From positions 30,692,001 to 30,756,000 of the forward strand of contig NC_058368.1 in assembly GCF_018350175.1 (NCBI RefSeq): a stretch of 64,000 bases of DNA, written 5' to 3'. The notes under the pieces are model-generated. The model searched no databases and was not told the origin of the DNA. It saw only the letters and a list, made by a program, of their open reading frames with translations. This document shows, piece after piece, positions 23,869 through 35,843 of the stretch. A program made the position numbers and the translations under genes. The stretch is from Felis catus (Eukaryota). Each line of letters begins with the position of its first letter. Within the stretch, counting starts at the first letter, position 1.

Positions 23869-26810
23869 TATCTTAAAGTCCTATAGGATTTGGCCTTTGC
23901 GTGTTGTCTCCCAGACACATACCGGAAGATGCAAGTCCATGTAGCCCTCATCAGCTGAGGCGGATGGTGTGCGTGTTCTGAATCGTGTGAATTAGACGTG
24001 ATTCCTACTTAATATCAGTCCACTACTGAAATGCTCTTCTGCTTAGCTCTTGACTTCATAAAGTATGAGGAGAACATGGAGATAATTAACTAAACTGCCT
24101 GTGAGGTACTTACAACCTACACGACTAAACTCAGACAACCGTGTTTTACTAAGATCTCACTGACTCCATCTCTCAGTACTTATATTATGAGGCATCGCAA
24201 AAAAGAAAAATATGGTTCCCATCAGGAAGGTGTGTACATGCTATTTGAAATAAAGAATGAAGCGTGTGGAAAGATTTAAGAACATTCACAAAGCAAATTA
24301 CAGATTGGGGTTTATGCTGATGAGTGATTAAAATCGTTACACATTTATCAAAGTTGACAATTTACATACGGAAAGTTGAGGTTGAAAGTAGGTCTGTGCT
24401 GAATTGTAAAAATATTGTTTAATTGCGAAAAGTGACCCCAAGTCTTAATTATTGGATGTGAAAACAATTCCTTTGTTCTAGATGTGTGTATACATACTTA
24501 CTAACGATTCAGATAACTCGAATTCTTTTTATTTCAACTATATCTCTAATTACTGCAAATTAGACAGGGAAATATAGTATGGAAGTACTATAGGACATAA
24601 AGATGATCTGGGTTCTTGTCCCAAGTCCCTTGCTGTCTTCTGAATCACCATTAAAATAAATACACTTACATACATATACACATTTATAAAGTATGACCAT
24701 CTTACTATGATTATCAACACTAAATAAAAACAACGACTAATGTTCCTTTCAGAGTTTTAATTTAAATAGCAATGTTAAAGATTGTCTGTTCCTGTCTATT
24801 TTCAGGTCACAGCAAAGGAAAAAAGCATGCCTCCTACTTCATTTCTCCTTTCAGAGAAAATTAAAAAAGAAAGGAGTTCTGTGTAGTGTTTCTGACAGCA
24901 AATTTCTCAGAATCCAGAAATACTTCTCTCTGTAATAAGTTGCTGCAGATACAAAGGAGCACTTATGATTGATTACTATCTCTGTTTGCATGAGCGATAA
25001 TTCCTGAACACACAGTTCTCGATTAAAATACAAATGCATTTTCGACTGCATTTCTTTATCTGTGTTTTATTTTTATATGACAAAATATGAAACGAACCAA
25101 GTGAAGTTGGGTTCGAGTATATTGCAAAAACGAAACTAGAAGCTGAGGGGATTTTTCAGTGGTGAGGCAAGTTCTTTGGCCATCCATCCCATCAGCTCCT
25201 GGGTCCTGATCTGGGTGTAGTTAGGGGGGGCTGAATGCTGGGGGAAGGGGAGAGTCTTTATGTGGCTGAAGTATCTTATTTTCCAAATTGCTTTTTAAAA
25301 TACAGATGATCTACATTAAAGTCAAAACATTCTTGTATGATACTTTATTTAGAGATTTGAAAACTTGGTATGTGTGCATTTAAGAACATTACCAAGAGGA
25401 CCACCATTGCCTCCTACATTATAACACGCTGTGCATGCTGAGCTTTAAACAGACTTGGCACTTAATGCACTCGAAAGAGGGTGGTGGCTTTCTCAAGGAA
25501 ATCAGCTTTAATTTTAGCACTTGTACATGGAAAAACAGAGATGAAATTAAAGAAAACAGAAATTAATATGTAGCGGAGCATCAGAAACATTGAACATACC
25601 ATTCCTATGTGAATGACCAAGATGATTATTCTTATGTATAAGAATCTTAGACTTTTTCATCTGATCCCTTTAAGAACATGTAGGATGTACTGCTATCATT
25701 TGAAAGTAGACAACTAAAACCCAGACCTGATGAGTGAATGTACAAGTCTCACTGCCAGCAAGTGTCAAAACGGAGACTAGAAGAGAGGACAGTGTGTGCC
25801 TGACATCATGTTGGCAACATCTGCATCTACCATCTCATTTAATTTCTACTGTGACCTTGTGAGATGAGCTACTAAGTCGTAAGTGAGAAACAAAGGCTTG
25901 TATAAGTAGAACACCTCGCTGTAAAGGTAGTAATCAGTCAGTTTGGGGGAGGCATCTGTCCGTTTGACCTTGTGAGTTCCATTCTTCCCACGGCAATATG
26001 CCACCCTTCAGATCTACCTGTGCTTGGCTTTGTGGCCCTGCTAAAATATGGAACGTGTATTAAGGCTCATTCGACACTATTTACGATATCCAATACCATG
26101 AACAAAGTAGACAAATGTGAAGTTGTCCCTATCGAGACAGTGCTTGTGAAATTTTAGGCTGAGAAATAGCTTCTGTGAATGGAGGAGGCAAAGAGAAGGA
26201 ACGTAGACGTTATTTGGGTTCCTTTGAGCTCTGAGGTGACGGCCCTTATGTGATGGAATGTCTCCTCACATTTTATAAGGCCCTTTGGGTTGTTTGCACA
26301 TAGGTGCGACCATTTGCATACTTCCTCACTTTTACATGTGGAGCATTTGCTACCCATTTGAAAACACTAGAGAAAAAAAAACACATTGTCTTATTTACCT
26401 TTAAATTCTGAAAGATATTTAAGAAGCCCTGCCTTGATTAGAGGACATGATTGAACAGTGATTATTAAAAATGTGTTCGAATTCTTGTATGTTTGCGTTT
26501 TACAAGTCTTGTCAAGAAACCAGGTTCGCTAACTCTACCTTTTGATAACGCTTGCAATCAAACTTCACTTCCTTGATAAGCAATGACTGAATGAATGTAA
26601 ATAGGAATTGAGAAGAGTACAACGGGTAAAACCTCTGTTCCACATGTGTACCTCAAACAATGTGACAAAATAAATGATATCTTACCATATTTTATAAAAT
26701 ATTAGCAATACATAATACGAAGTTTTATTTTAAACCTAATGATGAAAATGCTTATGGTACATCTTTTTCTTCCTCCTTTATCTCTTACATCGTTTCTCAT
26801 AGGTCACTTC

Positions 26811-27360
26811 CATTCATTTACTCTTTGAAAAAATGCTTACTGATCGCTGCTGCATGTTATGAACAGTCCAAGGCACCGGTCATAACAAGTTAGCAAAAAT
26901 GACCAACTCCTTGATCTCAGGGAGCATATCCCGGAAATGGCAGAGGCAGACGACAATAGCCAAGTAAAATGAGCAAGATTATGTCAGAAAATAAATGTAA
27001 TGATAAAAGTAGAACAGAGAGATGGATAACGGAATGACTGATTTAGAAAAGAATGTCAGGGTAGGTCCCTCAGAAGATGCTTTCAGAGGAGACGTGGGCG
27101 GAGAAGCCAGCCATGCGAAGATATACGAATGGTAAGCATCTACCTGGCGAGTACAGATTTCGAGTATTTAAAAAGGTTTTAAAAGCCAGCATGGCCAGGG
27201 AAAGTACTAGTCAGACAGGCAGGGACCAGAGCTCAAAAAGCAGGGAAGCCGGGACAAAGAGCACAGATTTTATTGGGAGTGCTGTGCAGAGAATGGATGG
27301 TAGTGAGGCGGCCGTTAGCAAAGCGACCAAGGCAAAAAACTTTAAGGATTTGATGGACAG
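26811..27360 (-). mobile_element. L2 LINE 3' fragment
   Basis: cattcatttactctttgaaaaaatgcttactgatcgctgctgcatg...ccttgatctcagggagcat...gccagcatggccagg. Confidence 0.6.
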
Positions 27361-27497
27361 TATGTGACAAATCAAGACTGACTTCACACGTGGACCCTCT
27401 GGCTAGGGAAACTTAATGCAAGCTGATGCCACTTGGAAGGGAAGGACTCCTTTTATGATTTAAAATTCTTTGACCATGACGACTATGTCTAAATCCT

Positions 27498-27498
<1 letters not shown>

Positions 27499-27581
<83 letters not shown>

Positions 27582-27582
27582 T
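27499..27582. repeat. (CTTT)~21 tetranucleotide microsatellite
   Basis: Direct reading, uninterrupted. Confidence 0.97.
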
Positions 27583-28949
27583 TTTTCTTCTTCTTCCTTT
27601 TTTTTTTCTTGGTATAACAAGACTGGACTATAACTAAAAGGTTTTCAAGGATCCCGGTTGTCTTTGTTCATCATCCTGAAGATTTTGCCCTCGTAGCCAG
27701 CAATTGGCTTCACTCTTTATGGAGAGTGTCGTGTGGGAGGTTCTTGGAATGCATGCCTGTGAGAGATGATATTGGCAATGAATCATGTGGTATCACTAGC
27801 TCTGCACAAGAAGGTTATGAAGATATTTCCAATTTGTTTTTTGCTTGGTTCCATAAATGGTAAAGAATTGATGAACAAGCCAGGGAATAAATCAGAGATA
27901 ATATGCAATTAGTCACTTTAGGCACTGCTGTTTTACAATGGGGCCCGCTTTTCTGTTTCGAAGCACTATCTATATCCTTCTGGATGTAGTGAAAGTCAAG
28001 GGCATTATAGGATAAATTTATAAGAAAGCGTTAAGACACATGCACCACATAACTTGGTGAGGTAGGAACCATCTGTTCGTAGAAAAATCTTCGGTGCTTT
28101 GCAGCCACAGTTGTGAGACTGAGCGCACAGTCGGGTTGCTGTCTACACCTACTCAGAGCTCCTCAAAGCTACTTAATTGTAGCTTCAGTGCCCTTGTTAC
28201 TAGACTGTCCTACTCAAAATTCCTCAAGGACCCTTGACTCGTCACCTTTTCGACTCTGCTCTGTACCACGGATCTTTTTGAAAATCAGTCCAGCATTTAA
28301 GATGAAATATTCAGGGTGAAGAAGACAGAGGTCGGCAAATGGGCCGACCCCACCATGACACTGTCAAGACAGACAAAACCGCTGTCTGCAAAAAGCCAGC
28401 TTGTGCTCCTCATCGGAAAGGAGCTGTAAGGTTTTATATTTTGGGGTGTTAAACCTGACGAGGCTGGCGTGTCTCTCCCCCGGCCATTGCTCTACTTACT
28501 GTTCACCTAGCATTTCAGCCCAGCCCTCTAGCTCAGCTTCTGCAACGTAGGCACAGGGACCAGAGAGGCAGCAGGCTCAGAGGGCCGCGAGCGCTGCACT
28601 TTGCGGAGCAGGGTCGCCTGTGACACCCAGTGTGCCTCCTGTGGTCTTGGAAGGGCTGTACCCAGCCAGCTTCGGCAGACCCTCGGAGCGCAGCCATTCT
28701 GCCCAAAGTGAGGGTGTAGAGCTCCTGGAGGCTGAGCGGCCTGTGCAGGAGGGAGAGGCGAGCAAGCGTTGTACGCCTTATGTGCGTGAATGGAAACGCG
28801 GCCATCACCAGGAAGGGGAGGGAAAGGAATAACGCAAGTGAGATTATACTGATGTGTCCCTGATATAATGGCAACATGTCAAGACCGAAACTAAGTACGG
28901 GATGCTTTACACCGACCCGTTTGGGACACGTGTCTGTTTTTTATGCTTT

Positions 28950-29175
28950 TTTAAAAAAAAATTTTTTTTTTTCAACGTTTATTTATTTTTGGGACAGAGA
29001 GAGATAGAGCATGAAAGGGGGAGGGGCAGAGAGAGAGGGAGACACAGAATCGGAAACAGGCTCCAGGCTCTGAGCCATCAGCCCAGAGCCCGACGCGGGG
29101 CTCGAACTCACGGGCCGCGAGATCATGACCTGGCTGAAGTCGGACGCTTAACCGACTGCGCCACCCAGGCGCCCC
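28950..29175 (-). mobile_element. Young felid SINEC_Fc
   Basis: Many CpGs retained (gcccgacgcggggctcgaactcacgggccgcgagatc...gactgcgccacccaggcgcccc). Perfect 15-bp TSD TGTTTTTTATGCTTT at 28935-28949 and 29176-29190. Confidence 0.97.
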
Positions 29176-29995
29176 TGTTTTTTATGCTTTGAGATGAGTT
29201 GAGATGTCTTGGGCTACTTTGTCATGTTGCTTTGCCAGCCCCCTGCCCCCAGCAAAGTTTTCTGTTTCCTCGCTCTGAGAAACAAGAGCCCTCCCTTCTC
29301 CCATCTCTTAAGGGGAGGCGTTTCAGTTGGCCGTGGCCCCATTTAGCATGGCCAATCCATGAAGGTTTGCATCTTCTGTAAAGGTCCGAGTAAGCTCCAG
29401 GGTGTGGGAGTACAGACTGGTTCCTGCCCAGAGGCAGTTTTGTTCCACTGGCTACATAACCTTGTCGTGTTGGCATCGGTGTATGGTCTGTTATGCTCAG
29501 ACATGATTACTCCTTTAATTAGAGAATACTGGGATTGATAATTTTTATTAAGAATGTCCTAATTAATTATATGTGGTGCGTTGCCACACTTACCATAGTC
29601 CTCACCCCATCAAAATAACTCGCTTTGTAGATTTAGAATATGAGGAATAATAGATGAGAAAATAATGTTGGTGATAGAGACATAATTTATTCATTCGGTT
29701 CCGTTTTCAAGGTATATTAAAAAGAAAGGGCACCAGAGAAAGGTCTGTGCCTTTCCTCATTGAATATTTTATTATCCTTTACAAAAATTATGCTTGGAAG
29801 AGAATTTCAGAGAACAGAAAAATTTATTACAGAAGATGACAAGTATTTTTCCTCTTCTTATTAGGCCAGAGAACAGAAAGACGGTCTAGAAATGCATGTA
29901 GCACATGAAAACATATTCACAAACAGCTGGTTTTGATGAGAGCTTACTCTTAAACTTTTAAAACGTGCCTTCTAAGACTCACCCATGAAATGGCA

Positions 29996-30539
29996 GTGCA
30001 TTAGTTGTCTATTGCTGCCTAACAAATCACCACACGACTTAGTGGCTGAAAGTAATAATAAACCTTAATCATCTCTGCTGGTCTCTGTGGTGGGGTTAGG
30101 AATTCAAGGGCGGTTTGGGTGGTCCTGGCTTAGCGTCTCTTACGAGGTCACAGTCCTAAGACTTCTTCCTTCTCCTATGTGGTGCCTTGTCTGGGACGAT
30201 TCAAACAACTCTCTCTCCAGGTGGGTTCCCCACGTGGTCTCCCTCCCCTAGTAGACTCAGGGCACCTGGACTTCTTACATGATGGCCCAGAGAGCCATAT
30301 GTTCGTGTCGCTTAGGGAGAGATCCAGGTGACAACTATATCACCCTTTATGGCCTGATCTCAGAAGTTAGGTGATGTGAGCTGCACCACACTCTGTCTGG
30401 AAAAGCAGCCGTAAAGTCTCGTGCGGGTTCAAGAGGAAGGTAAATAGATTGCCTCTTTATTGCGAGTAGCAACATTCTAGAAGAGCATGTAGGACCAGAA
30501 ATATTGTTGTGGCCCTTTATGGAAAATACAATGTGTCAC
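29996..30539 (-). mobile_element. MaLR LTR (MLT1G/H-like)
   Basis: attagttgtctattgctgcctaacaaatcaccac...cttagtggctgaaa...ggacttcttacatgatggc...ggaaaatacaatgtgtcac. Confidence 0.75.
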
Positions 30540-32224
30540 GGGTAAGCATGATCGTCTCTAGAGATAACCTAACCTAGGCCTGGTGAGCTAGAGAGACCCA
30601 AAGTCACCTGGTAATACCTGACTAAGGTATCTCAGACATGCAGTGCTATACTTCTTTGACTCTGTCAGTCACGCTCTCACCTACACTCCCTGCATCACTG
30701 AAATCCTTTCTCCCAAGGACCACCTCAAAAGGCGTACGACCTCTCCCATCCCTGACCTCACAAAAGAGCACCTTTGGAATATTTAGGTGACTTCACTTCT
30801 GTTTTGCTAGCCTTTATCTGAGCCAGAGGCCCAATTTCATCATCTTCCTTCCTGCTGGCTTGGCTGATGGGGAGCAGTGAGTAATAGTGTTCGAAAATTT
30901 TTAACTTGTTCTTTGTACCTCCAAATTTACGTTGGTAAGTGTGCCCCACAGGCTTATGTAGAGGGATTATCTGATGTGTGCATTGTCGCTTAATGAAGGA
31001 TGCAAATGCTCCTGGGTGAAATTATAAAAGAGGCTACAGGAGAGAAAATGAGAGTCCAGTGAGAAACAAAGAGAAATTAATTTTTAAGGGATGCCAGATT
31101 ATACCTTATATGATTATATTTTATTTGAATAGAAAGGGCAAAACTGATACTTCCTGAAAATAGATCTTTTAACAGTAAATAATCCTATGAAGTCTGCCAA
31201 GCTATTTGAGTTTTATTTTAAAAGCTTTTGTACCTTTCTAAGCTAAACAAAGTACTTTAAAGATTATGTGGACATTTTAGAACACTGGGCTTAAAAACAG
31301 AAGAAAAATGGAAATCAAGAATTGATTCAAATAGATGTTGAATTTAACGTTCAAATGTTATTTAAATCTGCGACTTCTGTATAAATCTTCATAGTCTAAA
31401 AGTAAAAACATATTTGTTAATGATTTCTACCTAAAAGTTTTTTTAGTATTGTTTTTTTCCCCAAAGTTCAATTGGCTGCTTTTATGTTGGTGATGAGTTA
31501 GAAAAATGAAGTCTGTTTTTCTCCCGAAGCCCCATCAGAATGGAAGCCATTTATAAACTACAGAAATGTCTTACTAACTTATAGTTCCTGGTCTCTCATT
31601 CTATGACCAAGAGTAATGAAAAGTTCAGAAAACCCCAGATTATTTGACTTGTTCAAGTGTGCCGAGGTAGATAACTCGTCTTTGTCTGGGGAAGGGAGTG
31701 ATATTAAAGAAATAAGCCACGTACCGTCTCTCTTGAGAAGTTCACCACCAAACAGCCAACAGGTAAAACTCTGTCAGTTTCTATCAGTTTTCCTACCCTG
31801 AGATCTCAGGATCTCACACAGCTGCACATGTCCTCTCCCCCTTCCTCTTGCTTCAGAACAGATGATTTGTGTGACCACCTACCTAGACTGAATCCCTTTA
31901 TCACGGTTCTGAAGACTGTGGATGAGGTACAAAAGACAGTAGAAGAATACCCACTGGGTGGTGTATCCAAGGTGGTCCCCAGCACTTCAAAAAAGGCATT
32001 GTTCCTCGTATTGATAACACACACTGGTGTCACACGTTATGTTTTTCAACGCACCTTATTGCATTTAGTATTGCTTCTGAGACTAACACCACGTCCCAGC
32101 TTGCGTGGAGCCTGTATCTCTGCCTTTATTTGCTAGTTCTGGTTTGATACTGTACCTAGCGTCTGAGAAATCTCTTCCCACATTGGATGAGCTGCATAAC
32201 TATGATGGTGTTTCGTACGCTCGG

Positions 32225-32440
32225 AATAGGTACTGTGTGTGTCGTTGTGCCTAAGCACTTTCCTGGCGTGACATGACGTAAACTCGGCCGTGACCCTATG
32301 AAGTAGGTGGCATTATCCCCGTTCTACCAGTGCCGAAGCGGCAGCACAGGGAAGTTTAGTGATTTTCGAAGCACATGAAAGTAGTGCCAGAGCCAGTGTT
32401 TGAAACCATTTACTCCAGAACTCACGCTCTTCGTTACTGT
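32225..32440 (-). mobile_element. MIR SINE, unusually CpG-rich
   Basis: accctatgaagtaggtggcattatccccgttctacc...gcacagggaagtttagtgatt...gccagagccagtgtttgaaacc...ctccagaactcacgctctt. Confidence 0.7.
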
Positions 32441-33520
32441 GAATGGCATGCTGAATGGCAGAGGTGTAAACAAAGTCAAAATGGCCGGAAAAGACAATAA
32501 TTTTCGCTTACTGTCAATACGTTAAGAGGCGAAAGCACTGAAGTGTCTGTTTCACTAGTTGCCCCCAGCGTCCCTTTTCTCTCTATATATAATCTATTGC
32601 TCCTCACTCGGGGCTTTCTAGGTGTCAGGGATATTCCACGAACTGTTTTTAAGCAAAATAGAATTAAGATAAACTGCCATGTGGTAATGGGGCTTTGCAG
32701 AATCTCCTTGACCATAGTTTGATTTTTGGATCCCTTTGGTGTGTGCTGTCAGCTTAGGCGCAGGCTAAGCCATCTTGCTAACAAAATTAATGGTGCCCAA
32801 CGTCATGAGGCATTCACAAATCTCATTTTTTTAAATGAACTTATTACAAGGTATCTGTAGATGCTGCCTTTGTGTTTTTAGGTTACAGAGAAAAGTGGGA
32901 AAATATGATTGCTTCGAGCACTTTGGTAGTTCAAAACTGTCCCATAGAATATAACATTATTATTATTTTTTTTTGGTGGGGGGGCAGAAGTGTTAAGCCT
33001 ATAAGCCGACATTATTAAACCATGGTAGCACAGATTTTTTTATGAATAGAAAACATGGTGATGGATATAGAAGTTTATAATAGTGTAGCCAAAAAACTTC
33101 CAACTTTGAGGCACTTTCACACTGCAGAGCAAAAATCAATATTCAAGGCTACACTTCGGAGAATTTCGTTTATTATGAGTCCTATAAAGTGTCTTATTCT
33201 AACATATCTGTGAATTAATCTTTGTGCAAATATTCAATTTAGTTGTACTGGAAGCACAGTATCAGGAGGAAAAAAAAATGATTCAGCCCCATATCAGATT
33301 TTTTATTTAATTATTTTTTAAAGAAAAGGATCATTTCCCACATAACGTATTCCTTCTATTTTGTTCTTATTTCGAGGCGAAGTTATCTCCTGAGATTAGG
33401 TATTGAAGTAATGGGTAGAATGGAGGTGTCAAAGATGGGAGACCTGTCAATGGACATTTCTTGAGTTTGAATGATCAGTAGGGTTATGGTTCGGTCTGTG
33501 TTTCAAATCGGTCCCTTTGT

Positions 33521-33713
33521 GGGGCGTCTGGGTGGCTCAGTTGGTTAAGTGTCTGACTCTTGGTTTCAGCTCATGTCATGATCTCATGATTCCTGAGTCT
33601 GAGCCTCCTCACTGACCCTGCGGGGCCTGCTTGGCATTCTCTTTCTCTCCCTCTGTCTCTGCCCCCCCCCCCCCACTCACTCTCTCTTAAAATAAATGTA
33701 AAGAACAATAAGT
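33521..33713 (+). mobile_element. CAN-SINE
   Basis: ggggcgtctgggtggctcagttggttaag head. TSD AAATCGGTC(C/A)CTTTG at 33505-33519 and 33714-33728. Confidence 0.95.
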
Positions 33714-34029
33714 AAATCGGTCACTTTGGGTATAAGGAGGAGGTTGTATGTCAGAGAAAAGAAGATTTTAAGGTCCAGACAACCAACTGAGTACCTTTCC
33801 CATTCTTTAGAAAAGAAAAGTGACGATATTAACTACAGGTTGCAGAGAGAATAGATGAGGTTCAGGAGAAAGTGTGAATGAAAACGAACAGGAAATATAA
33901 AGCAATATGGTTATGAGGATTATACAGATATGAAGGAAAGACTTTTGCTTATCCCACATCCATTTGTTTTTCTTCTGAAAACAACAGCTCAAATAACTCA
34001 TGAAAAACGACTCCCTGTCTTCCACTAGG

Positions 34030-34348
34030 TGAAGTTCAGTTTACCCTTGGGGGTCAGCTTATGACTCAGACTTGACATACCATGGGTCCAACTGAGATGG
34101 ACCAGTGCCTGTGTTGAATAAGCCTGGTTGGATAAAATGTAGATCTGCTGAGCCTGTGATGTAGCAAAAGTCTGACAAATTATGTTATGAAGAGAGCTGA
34201 TTTAAGTATGAACAACATTTTTTTTTTTTTAGTTCCTGGACCCAGCCCTTTCTGGAGCCATTATGCCCCAAACATTATTTTCCTTGTTCTTTTTTAAAGG
34301 TAGTTGGAATGATGCTTTTGTCACTGGGAATATCAAGAATCCTGACTA
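34030..34348 (+). mobile_element. Old MaLR LTR (MLT1J/K-like) 3' part
   Basis: ttcctggacccagccctttctggagcc...tttgtcactgggaatatcaagaatcctgact. Confidence 0.45.
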
Positions 34349-34907
34349 TTCCATGATGCTGGTGGGTTTTAATTATTTCCAAAGTTGCTGATGTAAAGCA
34401 TTATGGGGAACGTAATAAGGTGTAGGACAGAGACCTATAATAGAAGACTTTGATAAGTCTTGGGGTTTTTATTATTAACATACTGCAATACACAGGATTT
34501 ATTTTGCATTTTGCTTAAAGGTTTATAAAATCTGAATTGAAATTTCTTATAACAACTATGTTATAAGAACATAGTGTTTGAGGTTTTGCTTAGTATATTA
34601 TATATGTCTTCATCATAAACTTTTTGTTCAAGTAACTTTGTAATCACGCTTTTTAAAGACTTGCATTTATATAAAATATTCTAAAATTAATGCTGATGAG
34701 AATGAATGAAATTCTCACTTAAGTTCTTTTCTATTAGAGAAATACAATGTATACTAGAAAGGTGAACTGAGAAATACTAACCAGTAATGTTACTTTGTTG
34801 TCTTTGTAGATAAAGAAGTGCCCTAGCCATCACAATTAGTTTAAATGTGAATGCAACCAAAGTAAATTTGTATTGTGTTTGACTAAAAGACAGGGGACCA
34901 CTTGAAA

Positions 34908-35025
34908 ATGGCTTCCTGTAATCTTTGTGTTTTCTTTATATTTTAACATATACAAAAATGAACATGGGCTATTGTTCTAATTTGTATCAAAAGAGGAGTC
35001 TGTTGACAAATTGAAGATTCTCCTC
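34908..35025 (+). repeat. Local dispersed duplication, copy 1
   Basis: About 90% identical to 35728-35843 by manual alignment. Confidence 0.95.
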
Positions 35026-35599
35026 TACTTATGGCTATTGCTTACTTATTTAATCCAATAGTGTGCTGGGAGAAAACAGCTTTTTTGTTTAAGCAGTATT
35101 TTAAAGATGAAGCCAAATTAGGTATTTAGTTTAAGTTCAGTGGACACACGGTTTATAATTTTAACTGAAAGCTAGATGTAATAATTGATGATAGTCATTA
35201 AACATAAATTTCTCCAGAATCCAAAATCCTCAAAATGGTTAAGGTAGTATTTCCCTGTCCATTAGTAAATTCTTCCCTGTAAGTAAGCTCTTTGTCTACT
35301 GCTCTTGATGTCCAGGTGACTTTTTACATATACAACAAAAATAGATATTTGCTTTGGATTTTGAGTTTGATTATGACGGAGTGTCCAATGCAAAGTGTTT
35401 TATTAATTTTTATGTAGGATAAGTTATTAATCCTTAACTTTATGACGTCTACATACAATTTCATACTTAGAGAAGACCTTTTATTCTAAAATTATTCAGA
35501 TTTTCTTCCAGATTTTTCCAGCATATTTTCATTTACTATACATTCGAATCACTGGTGTGTGTGTGTGTGTGTGTGCGCGCACGCGCGTGCCCGTGTGTG

Positions 35600-35715
35600 T
35601 GTATGTAAGATAGGAGGTTTCAATTCAAGTTTAGTTTGTTCCAGATTGCTAACCACTTCTAGTGTCATTTATTGAATAATCTGTCTTCCCCCAACTTACT
35701 TGACCCACCATCTCT
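35600..35715 (-). mobile_element. Old L1 (L1M-type) fragment
   Basis: tgtaagatagg...ccagattgctaaccacttctagtgtcatttattgaataatctgtcttccccc resembles antisense L1M. Confidence 0.5.
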
Positions 35716-35727
35716 TGCTACTTAAAC

Positions 35728-35843
35728 ATGGCTTCCTGTAATCTTTGTGTTTTCTTTGTGTTAACGTATACAAATATGAATATGGGCTATTGTTCTAATT
35801 TATATCAAAAGAGGAGTCTGTTCTCATATTGAAGATTCTCCTC
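35728..35843 (+). repeat. Local dispersed duplication, copy 2
   Basis: About 90% identical to 34908-35025. Confidence 0.95.

Noticed and set aside
24785..24830. Strong-looking plus-strand acceptor (similar ones near 38103 and 57092)
   Set aside because: No matching strong donor or open coding frame found; isolated acceptors are common
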